Counted from the first letter of the stretch, positions 1 through 11,067 are shown. The stretch: 64,000 bases of DNA from an uncultured bacterium (GCA_963729625.1 CAVSOU010000010.1:352001-416000); one strand, 5' to 3'. The notes: generated from the letters alone by a model not told the origin. Numbers and translations are program-made.

Positions 1-152
1 CGAGCATGTTCCGAACCTCGGGTAGCGGAGCCAGCCATAATCCCATGTTTGCCGGCGCCAGTCAAGATCATCTGGGCATGGCCTTATACTGAACATGGGC
101 TTTCCTGAGCGCGTCGGTGCTGCCGAGCCGAACCTGTCGAATCTGAAGGACT

Positions 153-1157
153 ATGCGAATACTATACGCCGGCATGAAATATGACTACGGCGATCCAGCG
201 CGAGGCCTGAGCTTCGAGCACACAAATATCTATGACACTCTCGCGCACATGGGTCATGACGTCATCTACTTCGACTTCATGTCCGAGTTTCAGCAACGCG
301 GCCGCGAGGCAATGAGTCGACGGCTTGTCGACATTGTTCAGGCTGAGAAACCTCAACTTCTGTTCTGCGTGCTATTTACCGACCAGTTTGATATTGACAG
401 GCTGAAGTTCATCAGCGACAAGACTGACACGCAGACATTCAATTGGTTTTGTGACGATCACTGGCGATTCGACAACTATTCGCGCTTCTGGGCTCCGGCG
501 TTCAACTGGGTCAGCACAACGGCCGGCAGCGCGCTACCAAAATACAAAGCGATCGGCTACACGAACGTCATCAAGACGCAGTGGGCGTGCAATCACTTTC
601 TCTACCAGCCACTGGACCTGCCAAAGAAATACGACGTAACGTTCATCGGCCAGCCGCATGGCAACCGCCGAGAGACGATAGCGATGCTTCGACGCGCCGG
701 ACTCGACGTGGAAACATGGGGATTCGGATGGGAGAACGGCCGCGTTGAGCAGGATCACATGATAGCGATCTTTTGCCAGAGCCGCGTGAATCTGAACCTC
801 TCCAACTCTTCCATCAGCCGGAGACGACGACTGCTTCAGCGTGCTTTGAAGCTCCAGCTCAAATCTACGCACAGCCAGATCAAGGGAAGGAACTTCGAGG
901 TTCCGGGCTGTCGCACGTTCCTGCTCACTGATCCCGCCGACAATCTCGACAGTTACTACACACCTGGCAAGGAGATCGGAGTGTTCGAAAACGCGCGTCG
1001 CCTGGTAGAGCGAACGCGCTACTATCTTCAGCACGAGACCGTGCGCGAGTCGATCGCACTCGAAGGATACCACCGGACGATCCGCGACCACACGTATGAG
1101 CGCCGGTTCAACGATATCTTCGCATCCATGGGACTTCTCGCCGTTGGTGAGCAATGA
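153..1157 (+). CDS. CgeB-like glycosyltransferase (Glyco_trans_1_2 type)
   Basis: 334 aa; WFCDDHWR, YDVTFIG and KGRNFEVPGC..FLLT motifs and C-terminal HTYERR are typical of CgeB-family GTs; RBS gaagga upstream. Confidence 0.85.
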   Translation: MRILYAGMKYDYGDPARGLSFEHTNIYDTLAHMGHDVIYFDFMSEFQQRGREAMSRRLVDIVQAEKPQLLFCVLFTDQFDIDRLKFISDKTDTQTFNWFCDDHWRFDNYSRFWAPAFNWVSTTAGSALPKYKAIGYTNVIKTQWACNHFLYQPLDLPKKYDVTFIGQPHGNRRETIAMLRRAGLDVETWGFGWENGRVEQDHMIAIFCQSRVNLNLSNSSISRRRRLLQRALKLQLKSTHSQIKGRNFEVPGCRTFLLTDPADNLDSYYTPGKEIGVFENARRLVERTRYYLQHETVRESIALEGYHRTIRDHTYERRFNDIFASMGLLAVGEQ

Positions 1158-2329
1158 GAGTACTGCATACGGTCGAGTTCTACAGCCCTAGCGTTGGCGG
1201 AGCCCAGGAGGTCGTCAAGCAGGTCTCGGAGGTACTTGTCCAGGACGGCCATCAAGTTACCGTGGCCACCAGCGCGCTGCCCAGTCGATCGGACCGCGTG
1301 ATACACGGGGTGCGTATTGTGGAGTTTCCCATCAGCGGGAACCAGGTGCGCGGTTACTCCGGGCCGACCGAAGACTACCAGCGTTTCCTGAAGCAGGGGC
1401 CGTTTGACGTGATGATGAACTACGCGGCGCAGCAATGGACCGCGGACCTGGCGTTTCCCGTGATCGACCAACTGGGGTATCCGGCAGTGCTGGCCACCTG
1501 CGGCTTCTCTGGACTGCCCGACCCGGCTTATGCCGCCTATTTCGCGCGAATGCCTGATGTTCTGCGGAAGTATCGTCGCATCATTCTTCACTCGGAAACA
1601 TATAGAGACGGCGTCTTTGCACGGAAGAGTGGCATAAGCCATATCTCCGTGATCCCAAACGGCGCCTCGGAACGCGAGTTCGCAATCAGAGACGATACGT
1701 TCAGGAACAGGTATGGAATTGCGGCTGACGTGCCACTGCTGGTCACCATCGGCTCCCACACCGGAGTGAAGGGTCACCGAGCAACAATTGAGAGCTTTCG
1801 TCGCGCCAGGATCGGTCCGGCCGTCCTCCTGGTAATTGGAAACGTGTTTGGCGCTCACGTGGGCTGTCGCCCAGATTGCAGGAGGCGCGCGTTTCGCTGC
1901 AACGTGCTTTCGCTCGGTAGGAAACGCGTGCTGGTGCTCGACCCTCCGCGAGCCGACGTGGTAGCTGCACTGCAGTCCGCGGACCTGTTCCTCTTCGCGT
2001 CCAACATCGAATGCTCGCCAATTGTCTTGTTCGAGGCGATGGCATCCCGGACTGCATTTGCCAGCGTGGCGTGTGGAAACGCGGAGGAGATCATTCGCTG
2101 GAGTGGCGGAGGCATCCTCATTCCGTCGCATGTCGATGCGCACGGCCTGGTACAGACTGACGTGGCCGCTATGGCACGGTGCATCGAGGCCCTGATCGCG
2201 GATCGCGCGCGCAGAGTGAGCCTTGCGGAAGCAGGTAATCGGGCCTGGCGCGAACGCTTTGGTTGGGCGCAGGTCGCACGCTCGTATGAGGCGACCTACC
2301 AGAACGTAGTTAAGGTGCATGGCCGGTAG
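1154..2329 (+). CDS. Glycosyltransferase family 4
   Basis: MRVLHTVEFYSPSVGGAQ start; ECSPIVLFEAMA EX7E motif; ATGA overlap with the upstream gene. Confidence 0.9.
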   Translation: MRVLHTVEFYSPSVGGAQEVVKQVSEVLVQDGHQVTVATSALPSRSDRVIHGVRIVEFPISGNQVRGYSGPTEDYQRFLKQGPFDVMMNYAAQQWTADLAFPVIDQLGYPAVLATCGFSGLPDPAYAAYFARMPDVLRKYRRIILHSETYRDGVFARKSGISHISVIPNGASEREFAIRDDTFRNRYGIAADVPLLVTIGSHTGVKGHRATIESFRRARIGPAVLLVIGNVFGAHVGCRPDCRRRAFRCNVLSLGRKRVLVLDPPRADVVAALQSADLFLFASNIECSPIVLFEAMASRTAFASVACGNAEEIIRWSGGGILIPSHVDAHGLVQTDVAAMARCIEALIADRARRVSLAEAGNRAWRERFGWAQVARSYEATYQNVVKVHGR

Positions 2330-3344
2330 GTTGGCTACTTCAAGGAAGTTGGCAGCCGACTCCGATGGAGCTACTCGGGCTCCCACCGTATCGGTTGTGA
2401 TGCCCATGTACAATGCGGCCGCGCATCTGCGCCAGGCCATCGACAGTATACTTGCCCAGACATTCCAGGACTTCGAATTCATCATTGTAGATGACGGTTC
2501 GACCGACAGTGGCGTGGACATAGTAGCGTCTTACAGCGATGGCCGTATCCGCTTGCTCAAAGAGCCTCATCGTGGACTGGTGGCCAGTTTGAACGCCGGC
2601 ATGTCAGCGAGCGTCGGTACCTATATTGCTCGCATGGATGCCGACGACATCTCTTTGCCCAATCGCATTGAGCTTCAGGTCAAAGCGCTCCAGCAGGACT
2701 CAGAAACAGGGCTGATAAGCTCGTGGTTCAGGCGGTTTCCCTGCGTCGAGGATGCCAATGTGTGGCACCCTGTTACCGACCTGGCGATTAAGTGCCGGCT
2801 TCTGTTTAGCAATCAGTTTTGCCATGGTTCGGCCATGTTCCGTCGGCAGCTTGCAATTGACTGCGGCGCGTACAGAGAAGCGGTGTTCCCGGCGGAGGAT
2901 TACGACCTCTGGCTGCGTTTGAGTGAGCGTGCGTCGGTTATGAACATCGGCATGGTGCTCTACGGTTGGCGCGCCAGCGACACGCAGATTTCCGTGTCTC
3001 GCAATGACGCGATGCATCGGGAGGTAGTGACTGCCCGAGACTTGGCAATCGAGCGGCTGCTCCTGGGCATTGATCGCCTCGGCTGCGAACTTGCCACTCC
3101 GCGAGACAATGTGCCCACACTTCTGTCCGCCTTCGCTTTGAGCGCATGGGCGATTACGACTCGGCAATGGACACTGGCATTCAAGGCGTGGTGGATCGGC
3201 ATGCACCGCACGCCAGTCCTCGCATCTCGCTGCTGGGTGGCAGTCATGCGGCACTTTGTCTTCCGACTGTTGCCTGAAAGAGCTTGGCGCTCGATTGAGT
3301 GGCGTCGTCGACGATTGTCACGACGCTTAGGTTGGCGCGCGTAA
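2319..3344 (+). CDS. Glycosyltransferase family 2
   Basis: VSVVMPMYN, IIVDDGSTD, ARMDADD (DxD) and AEDYDLWLR motifs. Confidence 0.92.
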   Translation: MAGRLATSRKLAADSDGATRAPTVSVVMPMYNAAAHLRQAIDSILAQTFQDFEFIIVDDGSTDSGVDIVASYSDGRIRLLKEPHRGLVASLNAGMSASVGTYIARMDADDISLPNRIELQVKALQQDSETGLISSWFRRFPCVEDANVWHPVTDLAIKCRLLFSNQFCHGSAMFRRQLAIDCGAYREAVFPAEDYDLWLRLSERASVMNIGMVLYGWRASDTQISVSRNDAMHREVVTARDLAIERLLLGIDRLGCELATPRDNVPTLLSAFALSAWAITTRQWTLAFKAWWIGMHRTPVLASRCWVAVMRHFVFRLLPERAWRSIEWRRRRLSRRLGWRA

Positions 3345-3350
3345 GCGAGT

Positions 3351-4535
3351 TCAGCGGCCAAGCAGGCTGTGATAGAGCGCCACATACTCGGCGGCTTGTC
3401 GTTCAGAATCGAACAACCGCCGCGCGCGCTCGTGTCCCGCCTGTCCCATGCGGTATGCAAGGTCCGAGTCCGCGAGGAGCAGGCCGATCTTCTCGCCGAG
3501 GCAATCGGCATCCCCGGCAGGCACCAAGATCCCCGTGACGCCGTCTTCGACAGTCTCTCTGATTGCCGGCAGGTCTGTGGCCACGACTGGCCTGGCAGCA
3601 GCCATCGCCTCGAGCGGTACCGCACCCAGCCCCTCCTGCATCGTGCCGGCGTGAACCACCACGGTCGCCGCCGCATAAAGCGCGTCCATGTCCAGGACGT
3701 GGCCTGCGAATATTACGCTGCCAACTAGGCCGAGCCGTTCGACAAGACCATGCAGCTCACGCTCGTACTCAGGACCTCCGGAATGCGTGGCACTCATTTG
3801 CACGAGTTGGTCGCCGGCGCCGGACGGTCTGGCCGACCCACCGGCGATCACGAAGACAGCCGAACTGTCGAGCGGAGTCACGGTCGCGGCGGCGTTGAGG
3901 AAGGTGTCATGGCCCTTTCCTCCCACCAGTCGACCTGGAAGCAAAACGATCTTGGATCCAGAACCAATCCCGAGTCTTGCGCGGATCGCCTGGCGATCCT
4001 CCACACTCGCGCGGCCGGCCTCAACGCCGTTGTAGATGACGTGGAGCTTGTTGCGTGAGATGCAGTACGGCGCGTAATACTCCATGACAGTGTGCGAAAC
4101 GCAGATGATGCGCGAGGCGAACGGGCTCAGGCAACGGAACAGCAGCCTGGGGAAGGTGAAGTCGTGCAGCGTCCAGACCAGTGGACGCCGTGCCAGTGGC
4201 GCAGCCATCGCGCCAAGGATATGCGAGCGCAGCGTGTTCGTGTGTATGACATCGGCTCGCTCGGCACAGGCAAGCCTCCAAAGGCAGAATGCTCCCTGCC
4301 ACAACGACAGTGCCGAGGCAAGTCTTCGCCTGTTGAGGGGCCGCAGCTCGAGAACCCGATACTCCACGCCGCGCTCACGCAGTGCATCAACCATTTGCCT
4401 GCAATCGCCCACGGCTACCACGGGTGTGATGCGCTCGTTGCGCAGGGCCGACGCCAGCCTAACGACCATGATCTCGGCCCCACCATAGATCGGCGCGTGG
4501 TCGACGAAGAGAACCTTCGTCCGGGTTCTAGTCAC
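3351..4535 (-). CDS. Glycosyltransferase family 4
   Basis: YGGAE N-terminal motif, GRLVGGKGH and EGLGAVPLEAMA. Confidence 0.92.
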   Translation of the reverse strand: MTRTRTKVLFVDHAPIYGGAEIMVVRLASALRNERITPVVAVGDCRQMVDALRERGVEYRVLELRPLNRRRLASALSLWQGAFCLWRLACAERADVIHTNTLRSHILGAMAAPLARRPLVWTLHDFTFPRLLFRCLSPFASRIICVSHTVMEYYAPYCISRNKLHVIYNGVEAGRASVEDRQAIRARLGIGSGSKIVLLPGRLVGGKGHDTFLNAAATVTPLDSSAVFVIAGGSARPSGAGDQLVQMSATHSGGPEYERELHGLVERLGLVGSVIFAGHVLDMDALYAAATVVVHAGTMQEGLGAVPLEAMAAARPVVATDLPAIRETVEDGVTGILVPAGDADCLGEKIGLLLADSDLAYRMGQAGHERARRLFDSERQAAEYVALYHSLLGR

Positions 4536-5078
4536 CCTTCACGCCTCCAGCCCGCGGACGTAACCTGGATCATCTCAGCGCTCACCTCCACGAGGCGCGT
4601 GTCATAGGAAACTGTCCGGTGCGCCGCCGGTTGCTCCGACACGTCCTGCGACGCACTGTGCCAGTAGCGGCGCGCACATTTGATGATACTCGGGCCGAGA
4701 CAGGCAAACACACGCCGACCGCACCGACTCGACAGGCCCTGGCCGGCCGGATCACGTGAGCATAGGCCTTCAGCTGTGGCTGGATTGGGGACCACCCGTT
4801 CTGCGAGCGACGCACCGCCCGCGTCCGGCTGCTCCTCGGGCCATTTCCATGCGGGACGGAGGCCAGCATTACTTGAGGTTCGAGATTGCCGGTTAACGCC
4901 GTCAGGCCAAACTGGAACACGACTGCACGTGACAAGCGACGGCTCAGTCAGGCAGACCAACCGCAGTGGTCATCGGAGAGGCTGGGCAACACACCAGCAT
5001 GGTGATTGAACGCACGAGGGGACCCTGCTACGGTGTGGTACGTGAATAGCCCGGGTCGAGAACAGGAGCGCTGAACCG

Positions 5079-6737
5079 ATGATGCGTGTCGCGGACCCAA
5101 CGCCCGCGCCGGCAGGCGAGTCGCGAGAGCCCGATCGGCGCGCCCAGTTCTCGAACGCCTCACAGCAGCGCCTCTGGCTGCTGCCCACCGGGCTGGCCGC
5201 GTGCTTCTTCTGCCTGGTGCTGGCGCCATTCGTGCTTGGAGGTGCTTGCCAGCCGTCTGGACGCTTCTTCACCGGGACCCTGAAGGCGTTGGGAGACGAA
5301 GGGATTTACATTTCGGCCGTCCGGCAAGGCGCGGAAGGGACATGGCTCTGGCGCGACCAGTTCATGGTCCACATGCCGTCCCCCATAGTCTCGTACTTTT
5401 CCTACATAGTTTTCGGACATCTTGGCGCGCTGCTCGGACTCTCCGTGCAGGCGACCTATGCGCTGATGCACGGCGTGGCAGCCGTCTGCCTGTTCGCAAC
5501 GCTGTGGCTGCTGGGCTCGCTGTACCTCGAGCGAAAGAACCGAGTATGGTTTGTTGCATTTGCCCTTGGCACAAGCGGCCTCTACTGGCTGGACGCGCTT
5601 ATCGGGGTTAGCGGGCATGAGCCGACCTCGCTGCCCTGGATGGCGATGCCACCCCTGGGTGGCCTGACCTCTGCTCTCATGGGCGCCCACGAGACGCTTG
5701 GAACGGCTGGCCAGGTCATGGTCATCACCAGCATACTGGCGGTGACGGATCGCAATGCCGGGCGACACTGGCTGGCGATGGTGTATGGAGCCTTGGGCAC
5801 GCTGCTCGTGGGCCTCACGCTTCCAATGCTCCTGCCGGTCTCCGTAGCAGCGATCGGGCTGTGCTCTCTTCGCTATGTCGCCAGCGTTGCAAAGGGCCCC
5901 GCGCCCATCAAGGCCGTCACCGCCGTTCTCGTTCGTTGCAGCATTATCGCTGCGCCAGCCATTCCGACGGCGGCATACTACTTCTGGGAGGTCTCGGCCG
6001 GCGCGTGGTCCGGGGGCAATATCGCGGGCGTTCCAGGCCGGCCGCTTGTCGAAGCATTGCTCCAGTGGGGAATTGTCTTGCCGGCCGGCGCCTGGGGATG
6101 GTTCCGAGCACGTTCTGCCGATCGGCCCCTTGCCGATGCTCTCGGACTTTGGTGCTGTTCAGCGCTCGCGTGCATGGCGCTCCCGTTCTGGCTGGGATTT
6201 CGCTTCAGCACGGGAATCACGACGATGGCGGGTGGGCTCATTGCACTGGGAATCCTCGGCCGACCGTTCACATCGCGCATCCGCACCCGCGCGCTTCTTG
6301 CGGTCAGTCTGGGCGCGACGATTCACTACGTGTTCCTTGTCGCGCTGACGGCCTCGGGCCAGGACACAGCGCTGTATGTCCCAACTGCTCGACATCAGGC
6401 GATGCAGTGGATTGCGGCACACTCAAACGAGAGTGACGTTGTGCTTGCGCCGCTCGGTTTCAGCAATCAGCTCCCGGAAGTGGCGCACTGCAGGCTGGTC
6501 GCCGGGCATGGCTTTCTCACCTTCGACATGCCGCTCCGCGATCGCCAGCTTCACGCCTTCTACGATCCCACTACGTCGCCGAGTCTACGCCTCGCCGTGC
6601 TTCAGGCAACCTCGGCCGATCTCGTCGTGTTCGATCCGACCGATTCGGAGGATGGCACCTTCGATCCTAAGGACATGTCCGTATTGGCGCCAGTCTTCTC
6701 TTCCGGCGGAATCACCGTTTCCAAGCTCATACACTGA
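5079..6737 (+). CDS. Multi-pass membrane protein, probable GT-C-fold (lipid-donor) glycosyltransferase
   Basis: About 12 hydrophobic segments, acidic DE pair in the first loop, soluble C-terminal domain with AMQWIAAHSNESDVVLAP; the family call is an inference. Confidence 0.6.
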   Translation: MMRVADPTPAPAGESREPDRRAQFSNASQQRLWLLPTGLAACFFCLVLAPFVLGGACQPSGRFFTGTLKALGDEGIYISAVRQGAEGTWLWRDQFMVHMPSPIVSYFSYIVFGHLGALLGLSVQATYALMHGVAAVCLFATLWLLGSLYLERKNRVWFVAFALGTSGLYWLDALIGVSGHEPTSLPWMAMPPLGGLTSALMGAHETLGTAGQVMVITSILAVTDRNAGRHWLAMVYGALGTLLVGLTLPMLLPVSVAAIGLCSLRYVASVAKGPAPIKAVTAVLVRCSIIAAPAIPTAAYYFWEVSAGAWSGGNIAGVPGRPLVEALLQWGIVLPAGAWGWFRARSADRPLADALGLWCCSALACMALPFWLGFRFSTGITTMAGGLIALGILGRPFTSRIRTRALLAVSLGATIHYVFLVALTASGQDTALYVPTARHQAMQWIAAHSNESDVVLAPLGFSNQLPEVAHCRLVAGHGFLTFDMPLRDRQLHAFYDPTTSPSLRLAVLQATSADLVVFDPTDSEDGTFDPKDMSVLAPVFSSGGITVSKLIH

Positions 6738-6850
6738 CATGACCACGTCGAGTCCTCACAGAATCCTCGACCGGTTGCCCCGACTGGTGGTATACCTTGA
6801 GCGGGCGATCCGCGGCACCGTTTTCCCATGTAGACGCTGGAGATAGAGTG

Positions 6851-9310
6851 TTGGCAGATCCAACGGCGCAATTCGAATGGGCCCTTCCGTGGTTTGCCGG
6901 CGACGACAATGCGTACTACGAGCGCCATCTCGTGCTGGACCAAGTCGTCGAGCCGGGTGCCGCGAGCGCGCGTCAGCGGTTCGAAGCGCTTGCGCGCGCT
7001 CTGCGAGACCTGTTGGCGCAGCGGTGGTTGTGGACCGAGCAGCACTACGAACGCACAAATCCCAAACGAATCTACTACCTCTCGATGGAGTTCCTCATCG
7101 GGCGATCGCTTGTCAACAACATCGTCAATCTGCTCGTCGAGCCTGCAGTGCAGTCCGCGATGGAGCAGGCAGGAGTTGATTGGCGGCAGCTGTCCGAGCT
7201 CGAGCCGGACGCGGGCCTTGGTAATGGCGGCCTTGGCCGGCTGGCCGCATGTTATCTCGACTCGATGGCTACGCTGAAGTACCCGGCAATGGGATATGGC
7301 CTCCGCTATGACTACGGCATCTTCCACCAAGGCGTCAGAAATGGCTATCAGGTCGAGGCCCCGGACAACTGGTTGCGCCATCCCGACCCGTGGGAGGTTG
7401 CCAAGCAGGAGGAGACGGTCTCGGCAACCTTGCAGTCTTCGCTCCGCCTGAGGGAAGGAGACCACGCCAGGATCCCCAGCCAACAAATGACGTTGGTCGG
7501 CACGCCCTACGACCGCCCCGTCGTCGGCTACGGCGGAGCGACAATTAACACACTGCGGTTATGGAGCGCCGATTCGCCCGACTACTTCGACCTCGGAGAA
7601 TTCGACACCGGCGACTTTGTCGGGGCGATGCTGCATCGCGTGGTCGCCAACACCGTTACACGGGTGTTGTACCCGGACGATGCGACGCGCGAGGGCCAGC
7701 AACTCCGCTTCGTGCAGGAGTACTTCCTCGTCGCCTGCTCGCTGGCGGATATTATCGCGCGATTCCGCCGACTCAATACCGACTGGTACGCCCTTCCCGA
7801 CAAGGTCGCCATTCAGCTGAATGAAACACACCCGTCGCTCGCCGTGGCGGAGTTGATGAGAATACTTCTTGACAACGCCAGGCTGGGATGGGATGACGCC
7901 TGGGTGCTTACATGCAACACGCTTGCCTACACGAACCATACGCTTCTGCCTGAGGCGCTTGAACGGTGGCCGGTCGCGCTCTTCGAGGAGCTGCTTCCGC
8001 GGCATCTGGACATCATCTATGAGATCAACCGTCGTTTTCTCGACGGAGTTCGCGCGCGGTATCCCGGCGACGACGCGCGATTGCAGCGCGTAAGCCTGAT
8101 TGAAGAGGGTCCGATCAAGCAGGTTCGTATGGCGAACCTCGCGATTGTCGGCACGCACAAGACCAACGGCGTCGCGCGCATTCACTCGCGGCTGCTCCAG
8201 AGCCGGGTGGTACCCGATCTCGCGGAGCTCTTTCCGGATCGCTTTACGAACATCACTAACGGCGTGACGCCGCGGCGCTGGCTTCTGATTGCGAATCCTG
8301 CACTAGCGGACCTGATCACGGAAGCGATCGGGGAGGATTGGATAACTTATCTGTCCAAAGCCCGCGCGATTCTGCCCCTGGCATCCGACTCATGGTTCCA
8401 AGCTGGGTTTCGATCGGCCAAGCGCGACGCCAAGGCGAGGTTTAGCGATTGGCTGCGCATCGAGACGGGCCAGATTGTGGACCCTGACACGATGTTTGAC
8501 TGCCAGATCAAGCGCATCCATGAGTACAAGCGCCAGCTGCTCAATGTTCTCAGACTTATAGTCATGTACAACCGCTTCCGGAACGATCCAAGTTTGGCCA
8601 CGCCTCCGCGCACCGTGTTCTTCGCCGGCAAAGCGGCCCCGGCATATCACCTGGCCAAACTGATCATCAAGTTGATCAATAATGTGGCCGCCGTGGTCAA
8701 CGCGGACGGCGCGGTTAGCAGGCGTCTGCGTGTCCTTTTCCTTCCCGACTACAATGTCACGCTTGCCGAGAAGCTGATTCCGGCGACGGATCTGTCAGAG
8801 CAGATTTCAACCGCCGGATACGAGGCGAGTGGTACGAGCAACATGAAGTTCATGTTGAACGGTGCGCTGACGATCGGCACCCGAGACGGCGCAACGATAG
8901 AGATGGTCGAGGAAGCCGGCGAGGAGAATTTCTTTATGTTCGGCCTGACAGCCGAGCAGGTTGCTGCAAGTCGCGAGTGGTACAACCCGCGCTGGCATTA
9001 CGAGCATGATTCTGAGACCAAGCGAGCGCTGGACATGATTGCCTCGAATTACTTCAGCCGCGACGAGCCGGGTGTATTCATTCCCATTATCGACGCGCTT
9101 CTCACGCACGGGGACTTCTACATGCACCTGGCAGATCTCGTGGATTACCTTCAGTATCAAGACGACGTCAGCGCACTGTACGCCAATCCTCCGGAATGGA
9201 CGCGTAAGGCGATCATCAACGTTGGCTGTTCAGGCGCGTTTTCAAGTGACCGCTCGATCGCGCGCTATGCGTCGGACATCTGGGACGCAAAACCCTGTCC
9301 CGTGATGTGA
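6851..9310 (+). CDS. glgP: Glycogen/alpha-glucan phosphorylase
   Basis: YYLSMEFLIGR, DAGLGNGGLGRLAAC, TNHTLLPEALE, KRIHEYKRQ and PLP-lysine motif EASGTSNMKF; start uncertain (6797-6851). Confidence 0.97.
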   Translation: MADPTAQFEWALPWFAGDDNAYYERHLVLDQVVEPGAASARQRFEALARALRDLLAQRWLWTEQHYERTNPKRIYYLSMEFLIGRSLVNNIVNLLVEPAVQSAMEQAGVDWRQLSELEPDAGLGNGGLGRLAACYLDSMATLKYPAMGYGLRYDYGIFHQGVRNGYQVEAPDNWLRHPDPWEVAKQEETVSATLQSSLRLREGDHARIPSQQMTLVGTPYDRPVVGYGGATINTLRLWSADSPDYFDLGEFDTGDFVGAMLHRVVANTVTRVLYPDDATREGQQLRFVQEYFLVACSLADIIARFRRLNTDWYALPDKVAIQLNETHPSLAVAELMRILLDNARLGWDDAWVLTCNTLAYTNHTLLPEALERWPVALFEELLPRHLDIIYEINRRFLDGVRARYPGDDARLQRVSLIEEGPIKQVRMANLAIVGTHKTNGVARIHSRLLQSRVVPDLAELFPDRFTNITNGVTPRRWLLIANPALADLITEAIGEDWITYLSKARAILPLASDSWFQAGFRSAKRDAKARFSDWLRIETGQIVDPDTMFDCQIKRIHEYKRQLLNVLRLIVMYNRFRNDPSLATPPRTVFFAGKAAPAYHLAKLIIKLINNVAAVVNADGAVSRRLRVLFLPDYNVTLAEKLIPATDLSEQISTAGYEASGTSNMKFMLNGALTIGTRDGATIEMVEEAGEENFFMFGLTAEQVAASREWYNPRWHYEHDSETKRALDMIASNYFSRDEPGVFIPIIDALLTHGDFYMHLADLVDYLQYQDDVSALYANPPEWTRKAIINVGCSGAFSSDRSIARYASDIWDAKPCPVM

Positions 9311-10941
9311 AACGTGTGAGGGATGGCGCCGGACTGAGCTCGTGGTCGCCATCGGATCGTGTGCGCTCGGATGGCGAGGCCCTGGAAGCACTGCGAACGC
9401 AGTCTTGCGAGAGATCCGCCACTCGCCCGGTCATGTTTTGGTTATTCTTCGCCACCGCGCTCATCTACCTCTTTACCGCCGGCAGCAATTTCTCGAGCGG
9501 AGACTCTTTCGCCGAGCTTCATGTGACGAGTAGTCTGGTTGGGCACGGCTGGTTTGACGTTCCGGTGCAGGCGCCAGGAACACGCTGCGCCGGTTGGGGC
9601 TGTCAGGGTACCGACGGAAAGTTCTATGCCACACACGCTATCGGCTATTCCGTGTTCATGATTCCTTTCTACGGCCTTGCCCAGGCCGCGCTGCACGGTA
9701 CGGGAGCAAGCCACTGCAGCGACCCACTCTGGACCCGGTGCGTGCCGATTCATCTCGTCAGCTGGAATACGTGCCTGGTGACGGCTGCGACCGTGACACT
9801 GCTTGCCCTTTTTGCGCTGGATCTCGGATACAGCCTTGCCGCGGCACTCGCAGCCGCCCTCCTCTATGGATTCGCCACCATGGCCTGGCCGTACGCACGC
9901 TATGGCTTCGATGTAACCCTCACCGGATTCTTTGTTCTGGCATCCGCTCGAGAGGCCTCCCTGGCTATGGACCAGAGGTGCGACGAGACGGCACGATGGT
10001 TTCGCTGCGGGGCGTGGACCGCGCTCGCGATCTTGGTCCGTCTGCCGACCGCACCGATCGTCCTGCCTCTGGCGGCAGCATGTTGGCTTGTGGGGAGTCC
10101 GGGCCATGCTGCGCGGTACAAGCGAGTGGCGGCGTACGTGGTGCCGCTTCTCGTCGCCGGAGCTTTTTCGGCCTGGTACAATGTGGTGCGCTTTGGCAGC
10201 GTGTTTGACGATGGTCATACAGCCAATACAGCGGACAAGCTATCGAGCGCGCCATGGTCCGGGCTCTTCGGCATCCTGATCAGTCCGGGCAAAGGCTTGC
10301 TCTGGTACTGCCCGGTCGTCGTGCTTGTCGTCCTGTCCATTCCACCGTTCTTTCGGGCTCGCCGTTCCACGTGTGTGCTCGCCCTTTCCGTCGCTGCTGT
10401 GTCGGTCATTCCGTACGTGTTTGTCAATGATTGGTATGGCGGCAACGCGTGGGGACCGCGCTTCGTGATGCCCGTGCTGCCGGTTCTCGTCCTCCCAATA
10501 CTCGAACTGGGAGGCCGTTGGTCAACTGCGCTCCGGACGAGAGCGGCCTCCGTCGCAATTGTCGCTATCAGCTGTTTCGCGCAGGTTTCCGGGCTGCTTG
10601 TAAGCTATCCCGAACGACTCGCGCTTGCCGAGCGCAGCGGCTACGGCGGAGATATCTTCTGGAATCCAGCGCATTCGCCAATTGTGGATCACGTGGGCAC
10701 GCTGCTCACGTATGTCCTCAATCCCACTGCCGCCACGCACCCGGTGCCCGTCTCGCACACGTTTGACGTCTGGTGGCTCAATCTCTGGCGGATCGACGGG
10801 ATGCCGCCGGTGAAGGTTGTGTTTGCCGGAATCGTGGTCGCACTCCTGGCAGCGGGAGCAACATTGGTGCTCAGGGCGCAGGTGAAACGCCTTGGGAGTG
10901 TGCCGCCTGTTGGCGGTCAATCCGCCGGGGTTCATCGCTGA
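9307..10941 (+). CDS. Membrane GT-C / PMT_2-like glycosyltransferase
   Basis: Multi-TM; SPGKGLLWYCP and WYGGNAWGPRFVMPVLP motifs; GTGA overlap with the glgP stop (alternative start 9433). Confidence 0.65.
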   Translation: MKRVRDGAGLSSWSPSDRVRSDGEALEALRTQSCERSATRPVMFWLFFATALIYLFTAGSNFSSGDSFAELHVTSSLVGHGWFDVPVQAPGTRCAGWGCQGTDGKFYATHAIGYSVFMIPFYGLAQAALHGTGASHCSDPLWTRCVPIHLVSWNTCLVTAATVTLLALFALDLGYSLAAALAAALLYGFATMAWPYARYGFDVTLTGFFVLASAREASLAMDQRCDETARWFRCGAWTALAILVRLPTAPIVLPLAAACWLVGSPGHAARYKRVAAYVVPLLVAGAFSAWYNVVRFGSVFDDGHTANTADKLSSAPWSGLFGILISPGKGLLWYCPVVVLVVLSIPPFFRARRSTCVLALSVAAVSVIPYVFVNDWYGGNAWGPRFVMPVLPVLVLPILELGGRWSTALRTRAASVAIVAISCFAQVSGLLVSYPERLALAERSGYGGDIFWNPAHSPIVDHVGTLLTYVLNPTAATHPVPVSHTFDVWWLNLWRIDGMPPVKVVFAGIVVALLAAGATLVLRAQVKRLGSVPPVGGQSAGVHR

Positions 10942-11037
10942 GCAGTGGGCAGCGCGCCCGGCGTCCGAACCTTCCTACTCCTTGCCCCGCCTGACAGCCA
11001 TTACCGGACGGCCCCCCGTCCGGGTGCCGGATGGTTC

Positions 11038-11067
11038 TTGTCAACACTGCCCTCCACACTGTAATCT
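11038..11067 (+). promoter_or_regulatory. Putative sigma70-type promoter of hppA
   Basis: TTGTCA-N18-TAATCT about 245 nt upstream of the hppA ATG. Confidence 0.35.

Noticed and set aside
1028-2521. 497-aa antisense ORF and similar shadows (e.g. 56103-57308 +, 38492-39532 +)
   Set aside because: Stop-poor antisense frames of real genes in GC-rich DNA, with no motifs
4536-5078. ORFs or ncRNA in the divergent gap
   Set aside because: Overlapping short ORFs lack motifs and no recognisable RNA structure was seen
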